14,839 bases of DNA. Origin: Archangium sp. (GTDB lineage: Bacteria; Myxococcota; Myxococcia; Myxococcales; Myxococcaceae). Below the pieces are notes generated by a model. That model worked only from the letters and a program-made list of their open reading frames with translations. It searched no databases and was not told where the DNA came from. Made by a program: the position numbers and the translations under genes. Where the stretch lies: NCBI GenBank assembly GCA_031367385.1, contig JANLPS010000070.1, forward strand, positions 1 to 14,839, written 5' to 3'. Shown here piece by piece: positions 6,696-14,412 of this stretch (positions are counted from its first letter, which is position 1; the number at the start of each line of letters is the position of its first letter).

Positions 6696-8834
6696 ATGAA
6701 CGAACCCTCCACTCTCGACGCGCCCGTCGCGTCTGTGGCCGAAGGAGTCGACTACGTCGCTGACGTCAGCTTCGACTCCCTTGGCTTGTCTCCCGAACTG
6801 CGCCGCGCGATCGCCGAGCGCAATTACACCAACCCCACTCCGGTGCAGGCCAAGGCGTTCAAGCCGGCATCTGAGGGCCGAGACCTCATCGTTCGCTCGA
6901 AGACCGGCACTGGCAAGACCACCGCCTTCGGCATGCCGGTGATCGAGCGCATCCCCATGGGTACGCGCACGGTCAAGGCGCTGGTGATGTGCCCGACCCG
7001 TGAGCTCGCGATGCAGGTGCAGCAAGAGCTCGAGTCGTTGGCCAAGTACCGCGACATCAAGGTGACCGCGATCTACGGCGGAGCCTCGATGAAGCAGCAA
7101 GAAGACGCGCTCGATGCAGGCAGCGCGATCATCGTCGGCACCCCGGGCCGCGTGCACGACCACATTCGCCGCGGCAACCTGAAGCTCGACACCGCGACGA
7201 TGGCGGTGCTCGACGAAGCCGACGAGATGCTGAATCAGGGTTTCTACGAAGAGGTCACCCGCATTCTCGACTTCATGCCGAAGACGCGGCAGGTGCTGCT
7301 CTTCAGCGCGACGGTGCCCGAAGACATTCAGCGGTTGATCGCCAAGTACACCACCAACGCCGAGACCTTGTTGCTCTCGGGCGACGTGTACACCGTCGAC
7401 CACATCACCCACGTTCGCTACGACTTGTCAGACGCGTACCCCAAGCCGCGCAACCTGCTCTACATGCTCGAGATGGAGGAGCCCGACAACGCGATCGTCT
7501 TCTGCAACACCAAAGACGACACTGAGCTCGTGACCGCGGTGCTCAACCGCAACGGCTTCGACGCCGAGCTGCTCAACGGCGACCTGCCGCAAAAAGAGCG
7601 CGAGCGGGTGATGGCGAAGATCAAGCGGGGCGAGGTGGCCTTCATGGTCGCGACCGATCTCGCGGCGCGCGGCATCGACATCTCTGACCTCGGGCACGTG
7701 ATCAACTATTCGTTGCCCGAAGACCCGGCGGTGTATCTGCACCGTGTGGGTCGCACCGGCCGCATCGGCAAGACCGGCGTGGCGCTGAATTTGTGCTCGG
7801 GCAAAGAGCTCGCCTCGCTGACCTCGCTCGAACGCAAGTACGGCGTGAAGTTCGAGAAGCGCGCGATGCCCAACCCCGACGAAGCGACGCAGATGTGGGA
7901 GGACCGACACGTCAAGGAGATCAAGGAGGTGTCGGAAGGAATGATTTACGACGGGTTTCTCGGGCTCGCCGCCAGCTTGAAGAAGCGCCCCGACTCCGAC
8001 GACCTCATCGCCTCGATGCTGCGCTACTTCTTCACCCACCGCCGAATGGACAAGCTGCGCGCGTCGGGTGAGATGCCTGAGCACGAGATTCAGAAGCTCG
8101 AGACCCGCCCCTCGCGCAGCCGCGATGAGCGCGAGCGACCGGGCAGCAGTGGCCGTGGTGGTGAGAAGGGCCGTGGCCGTGAGCGCGGTGCTTCATCTGA
8201 GGGTCGCAGCAGCCGTTCGCGAAGTGGAGAGCGTGAAGAGCGCTCGTCAGCGCGCGCGGTGCCCAACGCGGCTCCGACGGCTCCGGCCGTGGTGGGGCCT
8301 GGTGGCGACATTCCAGCGGCGCCGCCGCCTCCGGTGCGTGAGCGGCCGGCGCGTCGTGAATCGGCTCCGGCCGGTGCGCGAAAGCTGAGCGATCGCGAGT
8401 TGTTCGACTTGATGCAAGCTGGCAAGCCGTTGCCGCCCATCGATGACCCGACCGTGTCGAACGGCACGGCGGTCACCGAGAGCGTGGCCGCGGTGGGCGA
8501 GGCAGGGGCTGAACGCCCGCGTCGTGAGCGGTCGGAGCGGTCAGATCGCCCCGAGCGAAAGCGCCGTGAGCCACGGGCCGAGGCTCCGGTCGAAGCGGGC
8601 CAGGCACGGGTGTGGGTGAATCTCGGCAAGATGGACGGCGTGGCCGATGACTCGTCACTGCAGCAGGCGCTCGAGGCGGCGGGTGCGCCGACGGGCAAAG
8701 TGCGCAAGTCGGAGATTCGCGGCAGCTACTCGTACGTGCACGTCGCGGAAGAAGATGTCGGCGCGTTCGAGGGTCTGGGCGGTAAGCAGCACGGCGAGAA
8801 GGCCATCAAGGTCGAGCGCGCCAAGGCTCGCTGA
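6696..8834 (+). CDS. deaD: DEAD-box ATP-dependent RNA helicase, DeaD/CsdA-like, with C-terminal DbpA-type RNA-binding domain
   Basis: Motifs present: Q (FDSLGL...PTPVQ), I SKTGTGKT, Ia PTRELA, GG, Ib TPGRV, II DEAD, III SAT, IV IVFCNTK, V ATDLAARGID, VI HRVGRTGR. C-terminus 'VWVNLGKMDG...GKVRKSEIRGSYSYVHV...IKVERA' matches the DbpA RNA-binding pattern. ATG 6696 preferred over TTG 6591. The symbol is by architecture; orthology is not verified. Confidence 0.93.
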   Translation: MNEPSTLDAPVASVAEGVDYVADVSFDSLGLSPELRRAIAERNYTNPTPVQAKAFKPASEGRDLIVRSKTGTGKTTAFGMPVIERIPMGTRTVKALVMCPTRELAMQVQQELESLAKYRDIKVTAIYGGASMKQQEDALDAGSAIIVGTPGRVHDHIRRGNLKLDTATMAVLDEADEMLNQGFYEEVTRILDFMPKTRQVLLFSATVPEDIQRLIAKYTTNAETLLLSGDVYTVDHITHVRYDLSDAYPKPRNLLYMLEMEEPDNAIVFCNTKDDTELVTAVLNRNGFDAELLNGDLPQKERERVMAKIKRGEVAFMVATDLAARGIDISDLGHVINYSLPEDPAVYLHRVGRTGRIGKTGVALNLCSGKELASLTSLERKYGVKFEKRAMPNPDEATQMWEDRHVKEIKEVSEGMIYDGFLGLAASLKKRPDSDDLIASMLRYFFTHRRMDKLRASGEMPEHEIQKLETRPSRSRDERERPGSSGRGGEKGRGRERGASSEGRSSRSRSGEREERSSARAVPNAAPTAPAVVGPGGDIPAAPPPPVRERPARRESAPAGARKLSDRELFDLMQAGKPLPPIDDPTVSNGTAVTESVAAVGEAGAERPRRERSERSDRPERKRREPRAEAPVEAGQARVWVNLGKMDGVADDSSLQQALEAAGAPTGKVRKSEIRGSYSYVHVAEEDVGAFEGLGGKQHGEKAIKVERAKAR

Positions 8835-8840
8835 AGTACC

Positions 8841-8887
8841 TCGTGGTTCGTGGTTCGTGGTTCGTGGTTCGACGGGCTCACCATGAG
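8841..8887. repeat. (TCGTGGT)x4 heptamer array followed by a REP-like motif GGTTCGACGGGCTCACCATGAG
   Basis: Four exact TCGTGGT copies at 8841-8868, directly after the helicase stop. CTCGTGGT can pair with ACCATGAG (8880-8887) using one G-U pair. Confidence 0.8.
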
Positions 8888-8890
8888 AGT

Positions 8891-8926
8891 GGTGGGCCCG
8901 TTGTGCGCGGTGGGCCCGTTGTGCGT
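8891..8926. repeat. 18-bp tandem duplication
   Basis: ggtgggcccgttgtgcgc (8891-8908) followed by ggtgggcccgttgtgcgt (8909-8926). Confidence 0.85.
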
Positions 8927-8936
8927 CTGGGTGGCT

Positions 8937-9542
8937 CTACCGTGTCGCCGTCAGGTGCATCACCAGCTCGACCTCGTCGCGGTTTTTCACGGTGCCCAAG
9001 ACGCCCGAGTACGGAGTGATGCCGTAATCGCTGGTCTTGAAGCGAATGACGCCATCACCGGTCACCTGGGTGTCTGCGACGGTGACCGTGACGGACACGG
9101 TGATGGTCTTGGTCACTCCGTGCAGCGTGAAGGCCCCGGTCACGCTGATGGCGCCGGTGGCGCTGCGTGCAAAGGCGGTCGAAGTGAACTCGACGGTCGC
9201 GAATTTGGCCGTGTCGAGCTGACCTTCTGCCTTCATTTCTTCGGTGACCTTCTTTCGATCTCCGTCAGGCACCGGGGCTGGCTGGCCATGCTTCTTTCGC
9301 ATGGCCGCGTCGTCGACCAACAGCGAGCCGGTCTTGACCGTCACTGTGAGCGTGGCAGTCGACAGATCGCTCGGGTCGTATTGCACCCGCCCGGCCATTT
9401 CAGTCGCGGCGATCACGTGGTTGTGCGCGAAGACCGCGCCGATGCCCTCTTTGGTGGTCTTGATGACGAGCTCTGAGCGGCTGGCATCGATGGAGTACGC
9501 GGGTGCAGCGGCGATGAGCAGAGAGATCAGCGTGAAGTGCAT
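8937..9542 (-). CDS. YceI family (polyisoprenoid/lipid-binding beta-barrel) secreted protein
   Basis: Short signal peptide MHFTLISLLIAAAPA, then 'YSIDASRSEL', 'LDTAKFATVEFTS', 'VTGAFTLHGVTK' and 'FKTSDYGI', all typical YceI motifs. Confidence 0.88.
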   Translation of the reverse strand: MHFTLISLLIAAAPAYSIDASRSELVIKTTKEGIGAVFAHNHVIAATEMAGRVQYDPSDLSTATLTVTVKTGSLLVDDAAMRKKHGQPAPVPDGDRKKVTEEMKAEGQLDTAKFATVEFTSTAFARSATGAISVTGAFTLHGVTKTITVSVTVTVADTQVTGDGVIRFKTSDYGITPYSGVLGTVKNRDEVELVMHLTATR

Positions 9543-9569
9543 TGATGCGTTGTAGGCCAAATCAGCCCT

Positions 9570-9950
9570 TTACGAATTCGACGTTTTCGAAAGAACGAAG
9601 CCGGGGTTCTCAATCAGCCCCAGCACATTGCCGAACGGGTCTTTCACCGCAGCCACGCGAATGCGCTCGCCCACGTCGTGCGCCGGCTCGTGCAACGTCG
9701 CTCCCGCAGCGAGCACGTGCGAGAGCGCGGTGTCGAGATTGGCAACGCCCCAATAGGTCGTCGAGCCGCCGTCGCCAGGCTTCGCGTCGCCCCCGTTCGG
9801 GTCGAGCCCAAGCTCGAAGCCGGCGATGTTGAACCCCACGTAGAACGGCTCGTCGAAGTACGGCGCCACCCCGAACGCGGCGCGGTACCAGTCACGCGCC
9901 TTTTCTCGGTCGGGCACCCGGTACACGACGGTTCTCAAGCCCAGCAGCAT
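9570..9950 (-). CDS. VOC family (glyoxalase/bleomycin-resistance-like) protein
   Basis: 'YRVPDREKARDWYRAAFG', 'YWGVANLD' and 'VKDPFGNVLGLIE' fit the paired beta-alpha-beta-beta-beta VOC pattern; 126 aa. Confidence 0.9.
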   Translation of the reverse strand: MLLGLRTVVYRVPDREKARDWYRAAFGVAPYFDEPFYVGFNIAGFELGLDPNGGDAKPGDGGSTTYWGVANLDTALSHVLAAGATLHEPAHDVGERIRVAAVKDPFGNVLGLIENPGFVLSKTSNS

Positions 9951-9952
9951 GG

Positions 9953-10744
9953 TTACCGGTACCCCTTCGCCACCACCGGCACGTACCGCATCTCACCCTC
10001 GGGCCGGTTCGCCACCGAGCGCAGTTGCCCGGCCGCGGTGGTGATGGTGGGCACCATGTCTTGCCCGAGCGACTCGTCGAGCCCTTCGAGAATCTCGGCG
10101 AACTCGTCGATGAAGTGGCCCAGAAACTCGGGCGAGTCTTGCGTGGTGGCGTGCAGCACGCACGGCTCGATGGTGAACTTTCGAAAGCCCGCCGCCTTGA
10201 AGAACCGGTGCAGAACCTGACCGACGAGCGGGTTGCCTCCCGCGCGCTGCTGGGCCGCGTTGAGCGCCCGCATCGTCACGTCGACCTCGGTGAACTGTGG
10301 CGTGATTCGGTACGACGCGTTGTCGACCTCGACGAACTGGCAATACCCGCCCGGCTTGAGCACGCGCCGCACCTCGCGCAAGACCGCCGTCGGGTCGGGT
10401 ACGTGCTCGAGCAGCCATGAGCAGTGCACGCGATCGAACGTGCGGTCGTCGAAGGGCAGCTTGGTGGCATCACCGCGAAGAAACGAGAGCTCGGGGTGGT
10501 TCTTGCGCGCCGCGCTCAGCTGCTGCTCTGAGAGGTCGACGCCCACCAACGAGATGCCGGGGTACCGGGCCGCCAGCCGTGCCGCCATCGCGCCCACGCC
10601 GGTCGCCAGGTCGAGCACCTTCATGCCGGGCGCCGCATCGAAGTGGCCGAAGGTGAATGCCGCGGTCCAGTCTCCTTGCTTCTCGAGGCGCGCGATCTCC
10701 CGCGCGTCGGTGCTGCCGTGCACGTAGTGGGTGGGGTCGGTCAT
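9953..10744 (-). CDS. Class I SAM-dependent methyltransferase
   Basis: Motif I VLDLATGVG, 'GVDLSEQQL', 'GDATKLPFDDRTFDRV' and 'LEHVPDP..VLREVRRVLKPGG'. The ATG at 10744 overlaps the upstream TGA (ATGA). Confidence 0.92.
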   Translation of the reverse strand: MTDPTHYVHGSTDAREIARLEKQGDWTAAFTFGHFDAAPGMKVLDLATGVGAMAARLAARYPGISLVGVDLSEQQLSAARKNHPELSFLRGDATKLPFDDRTFDRVHCSWLLEHVPDPTAVLREVRRVLKPGGYCQFVEVDNASYRITPQFTEVDVTMRALNAAQQRAGGNPLVGQVLHRFFKAAGFRKFTIEPCVLHATTQDSPEFLGHFIDEFAEILEGLDESLGQDMVPTITTAAGQLRSVANRPEGEMRYVPVVAKGYR

Positions 10745-11766
10745 TTCGAAAGCTTCCAATACGGGGCCAGGGCCTCGCGGGTGTCAGAGACGGCTTCGGC
10801 GCCCGAAGGCCCGACTCCGGGGGGAAACGAGTCGGTGCGCTGGCCCGCCAACACCTCGACGCAGGCATGCACGGAGTGCGCGAGCCCCGACAGGTCGTAG
10901 CCGCCTTCGAGCATCAGCACGAGCTTGCCGCCACAGAGCTCGTCGGCGAGCGCCTTGACCGCGCTGCACATCGCCGCGAAGCCCCGCTCAGTCACGTTCA
11001 TGCCGCCGATGGGGTCAGCCCGGTGGGCATCGAACCCGGCCGAGACCAGCACCACGTCGGGCTTGAATTGCTGCGCGATGGGCAAGAAGACGTCGTGAAA
11101 GACGGCTCCGTATTCGGCGTCGTGCTGCCCTGGCCCCATCGCGCAGTTGACGGTGAAGCCCTCGCCTTGCCCCAGGCCGACCTCGTTCGAGGCGCCGGTG
11201 CCCGGGTAATACGGGTACTGGTGCGCGCTGCAGAAGAGCACGTCGCGGCGAGACTCGAAGGTGTGTTGGGTGCCGTTGCCGTGGTGTACGTCCCAGTCGA
11301 GCACCAGCACGCGCTGAGCGCCTCGCCGCAGGGCCGCCTCGGCGGCGACGGCGATGTTGTTGAACAGGCAAAAGCCCATCGCCCGGTCGACCTCGGCGTG
11401 GTGCCCCGGGGGCCGCACCAAGCACATCGCGTTGTCGGCACTCCCGGCCATTACCTCGGTGACGGCTTGCACTCCGGCGCCAGCGGCGAGGAGCGCGGCG
11501 TCAATGCTGCCGGGGCTCACCCCTGTATCTGGGTCGAGCTGGGCGCTCTGGCCTTGCAGCGCCAGCATCGCCTGCACGTGCGCCGGGGTGTGCGAAGCGC
11601 ACAGCTCATCGAGCGTGGCCTTGCGCGGCGTCACCAGCTGCGTGCGCGAAACCGGGTGCGCGGCGAGGTACTCGAGCACCGCGGTCAACCGGCCCGGAGA
11701 CTCCGCGTGCATCGGGCCAGCGACGTGGCTCAAGAAGCGCGAATCGGTGAGCAGGTGGGTGGCCAT
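10741..11766 (-). CDS. Zn-dependent histone-deacetylase-family (class II-like) deacetylase
   Basis: HAESPGRL, RPPGHH (catalytic His pair), GFCLFNN, DWDVHHGNGTQ (Zn ligands), SAGFDAH and LEGGY (catalytic Tyr). Confidence 0.95.
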   Translation of the reverse strand: MATHLLTDSRFLSHVAGPMHAESPGRLTAVLEYLAAHPVSRTQLVTPRKATLDELCASHTPAHVQAMLALQGQSAQLDPDTGVSPGSIDAALLAAGAGVQAVTEVMAGSADNAMCLVRPPGHHAEVDRAMGFCLFNNIAVAAEAALRRGAQRVLVLDWDVHHGNGTQHTFESRRDVLFCSAHQYPYYPGTGASNEVGLGQGEGFTVNCAMGPGQHDAEYGAVFHDVFLPIAQQFKPDVVLVSAGFDAHRADPIGGMNVTERGFAAMCSAVKALADELCGGKLVLMLEGGYDLSGLAHSVHACVEVLAGQRTDSFPPGVGPSGAEAVSDTREALAPYWKLSK

Positions 11767-11835
11767 GACGGCGGCGAGACTCCCACACGGCTTTGCGATG
11801 ATCGAGCCTTTGGGCTCTGCCTTCGAGGGAGTTTC

Positions 11836-11864
11836 TTGCGGCCCGTGGCGGCGCTCTCTACAGT
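11836..11864 (+). promoter_or_regulatory. Putative sigma70-type promoter of the chemoreceptor gene (near-leaderless)
   Basis: TTGCGG (11836-11841), 17-nt spacer, TACAGT (11859-11864), then 9 nt to the GTG at 11874 with no Shine-Dalgarno in between. Confidence 0.45.
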
Positions 11865-11873
11865 CGGCCTCCC

Positions 11874-13958
11874 GTGGCGGCGCGCTCGCAGAAGCTGGGT
11901 CTGACCTGGGCCATCTTTGGCATGTTCACCATTGCCCTGTTGGTGCTGGTGCTGGTGCTTTTCGTGGTGGTGCCGTCGCAGGCCAACGAGTCGCTCACCG
12001 ACGCCCTGTGGGAGCGCGGCAAGGCCATCGCCAAAGAAATCGAGCGCAAGGTCAACGTCTCGACCCGCGCCAGCATCGATCAGGCCGCGTCAATCGAGGT
12101 GAATGACATCGTTCAGGGCGAGCGCGAAATTCGCGCCGTCTGGGTGCTGGTCTGCCCGAGCGCCGATTGCAGGTCTCAAGACGTCATCGCCCAGAAGCTC
12201 GACACCGACTTGCAGCTGACCGAGGCGGTGATCAAGCAATTCAACGAGGCCCGGCACCCCTCGAGAATGCCGCTCGAGTCGGGTGAGCTGCTGGTGGCCG
12301 ACCCGGTCACTCCGAAGATCGGTGGGGGCTCGGGCTTCGTGCTGGTCGCGCTCGATCGCGCCCGCATCGATGAGGGGCTCTCGAAGCTGCGCCGCACCTT
12401 GTTGATCGCGCTGGTGCTGTCGATGATCGTCTTTCTGGGCCTGGTCGGCGTGCTGACCCGGGTGCTGCTGATTCGCCCGGTGCGCTCGATGCGCGCGATG
12501 GCCAGCAAGCTCTCAGAGGCCGACCTGTCAGGGCGGGTCGAGGGCGCGGCGACCCGCGAGCTCGATGAGCTGGCGGAGTCGCTCAACAACATCGGGCAGG
12601 GCTTGCGTGACACCTTGGGGCGGGTGCGCGGCGTGGCCGAGAGCGTGGCCCAGGTCATCGATTCGATCAGCCGTACCGCGTCGTCGACCTCGGGGGGCTC
12701 GGCGACGGTGCTCACCCGCGTCGAAGAGACCTCGAGCGCGATGGTGCAGATGCTGGCCTCGCTCAAGGGCATCGCCGAGAACGTCGAGGTGCTGTTCAAC
12801 AGCGCCGAAGATTCGAGCTCGAGCATTCTCGAGATGGCGACCACCAACGACGAGGTGGCCGACAATGTGACCAAGATGGCCGCCAGCGTCGAGGAGACGA
12901 CCAGCGCGATCGAGCAGATGACCTACAGCACCAAAGAGGTCGCCCACAACATCGACGACCTGCTCAAGAGCGCCGAGCTGACCTCGAGCTCGATTCGCGA
13001 GATGGACATCGCGATTTCGCAGGTCGAGACGAATGCGTATGAGACGGCGCGGCTCTCGGAGCAGGTGTCGAAAGACTCAGAGACCGGCATGGAGTCGATT
13101 CAAAAGACCATCGTCGGCATCGACAAGATCAAAGACAGCAGCCGCTCGGCAGGCACCGTCATCGAGCAGCTGGGCAAGCGCATCGGTGAAATCGGCAACA
13201 TCGTCGACGTGATTGACGAGGTGGCCGAGCAGACCAACCTGCTGGCGCTCAACGCAGCGATCATCGCGGCCCAGGCGGGTGAGCACGGCAAGGGCTTCGC
13301 GGTCGTCGCCGAAGAGATCAAAGACCTGGCCGAGCGCACCGGCACTTCGACGCGTGAAATCGCCGACCTGATTCGCGCGGTGCAGCAAGAGTCGCAGAAC
13401 GCGGTCACCGCGATGAACATGGGCGTGCGCAACGTCGAAGAGGGCGTGCTGCTGGGCCGTGAAGCCGAGCACGCGCTCAAGAAGATTCAGGAGTCGTCGA
13501 GCCGATCGACCCAGATGGTCAAGGCGATCGCCCGGGCAACCGTCGAGCAGGCCCGGGGCTCGAAAGACGTGACCGCGGCGGTCGACAGAATTCGCGAGAC
13601 GGTCGAGCAGATTAGCAAGGCGACCAACGAGCAGGCGCGGGGCTCTGAGCAGATCATGAAGAGCGCTGATCACATGAAGTCGCTCACCACGCATGTGACC
13701 CGCTCGGTGCACGAGCAGGCGCATGGCTCGAAGCAGATCTCGCGCAGCATCGAGTCGATCAACGAGATGGTGAATTACCTGAACCGCGCCCAGAAAGAGC
13801 AGACCCGCGGCTCGGAGCAGGTGCTCAAGGCGATCGAGACGATCAAGTCGGTGGCCGATACGCAGAACCGCTCGGTCAAGCAGCTCGAAGAGGCGATTGA
13901 GACGTTGCGGCAACAGGCCGACGTGCTGCGAGGCGAGATTCGCCGCTTCAGGGTCTGA
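11874..13958 (+). CDS. Methyl-accepting chemotaxis protein: 2 TM, ~140-aa periplasmic sensor, HAMP, extended (~64-heptad) signalling domain
   Basis: TM1 at aa ~10-33 and TM2 at aa ~176-200; HAMP '[22 protein letters not shown]...[10 protein letters not shown]'; hairpin '[47 protein letters not shown]'. Confidence 0.95.
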   Translation: MAARSQKLGLTWAIFGMFTIALLVLVLVLFVVVPSQANESLTDALWERGKAIAKEIERKVNVSTRASIDQAASIEVNDIVQGEREIRAVWVLVCPSADCRSQDVIAQKLDTDLQLTEAVIKQFNEARHPSRMPLESGELLVADPVTPKIGGGSGFVLVALDRARIDEGLSKLRRTLLIALVLSMIVFLGLVGVLTRVLLIRPVRSMRAMASKLSEADLSGRVEGAATRELDELAESLNNIGQGLRDTLGRVRGVAESVAQVIDSISRTASSTSGGSATVLTRVEETSSAMVQMLASLKGIAENVEVLFNSAEDSSSSILEMATTNDEVADNVTKMAASVEETTSAIEQMTYSTKEVAHNIDDLLKSAELTSSSIREMDIAISQVETNAYETARLSEQVSKDSETGMESIQKTIVGIDKIKDSSRSAGTVIEQLGKRIGEIGNIVDVIDEVAEQTNLLALNAAIIAAQAGEHGKGFAVVAEEIKDLAERTGTSTREIADLIRAVQQESQNAVTAMNMGVRNVEEGVLLGREAEHALKKIQESSSRSTQMVKAIARATVEQARGSKDVTAAVDRIRETVEQISKATNEQARGSEQIMKSADHMKSLTTHVTRSVHEQAHGSKQISRSIESINEMVNYLNRAQKEQTRGSEQVLKAIETIKSVADTQNRSVKQLEEAIETLRQQADVLRGEIRRFRV

Positions 13959-14067
13959 ATTGTTGATCGGGCTCGCGCTGCGCCCTCATCGCGGGCTGGG
14001 CCTCGCCCCGAGTTGAAACCGCCCACTTTTTCTTGGGGGGCCGACGAACCGGAGTAGCGTTCTTTCG

Positions 14068-14412
14068 ATGCGACTCTGTGTGCTCTTGGGTTTCACGCTC
14101 TGGTCAGCGCAGGTTCATGCACAGCCCATCACCGACAGCGCGGCACCTCCGGCGGCGACATCGAGCCACGTCTCGTCGCACGGCTGGCTCCTCGGAGCGC
14201 TGGGGGCGACGGTCGCCATCGGTGGCGGCATCGCACTCGGTCTGGGGCTGTCTGCACAGTCGCGGGCACTGACTCCGGCCGCGCAGAGCAGCGCGACGTC
14301 GAACATCACCGGCGGTGCGCTCTTGCTCGGTACGGCCGTCTGTCTCTTCGCGTTGGCCGTGGTCGCCTGGTTGTGGCGAGACGTGCCCCCGTCGGGAAAA
14401 GCCCTTCAGTGA
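14068..14412 (+). CDS. Small hypothetical membrane protein (signal peptide plus two TM helices)
   Basis: MRLCVLLGFTLWSAQVHA signal; hydrophobic segments 'WLLGALGATVAIGGGIALGLGL' and 'GGALLLGTAVCLFALAVVAWLW'. Its stop overlaps the next GTG (GTGA). Confidence 0.72.
   Translation: MRLCVLLGFTLWSAQVHAQPITDSAAPPAATSSHVSSHGWLLGALGATVAIGGGIALGLGLSAQSRALTPAAQSSATSNITGGALLLGTAVCLFALAVVAWLWRDVPPSGKALQ

Noticed and set aside
8850..9476. 208-aa + strand ORF starting in the heptamer repeat (phase-variation candidate)
   Set aside because: It is antisense to the well-supported YceI gene and has no protein-like features, so the repeat is treated as intergenic.
10657..12106. Long + strand ORFs (415 aa and 250 aa) over the deacetylase
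   Set aside because: Antisense shadows of a gene with a complete catalytic motif set.
13959..14035. Intrinsic terminator after the chemoreceptor
   Set aside because: Only short GC stems are present and the T-run at ~14027-14031 is not directly preceded by a strong hairpin.
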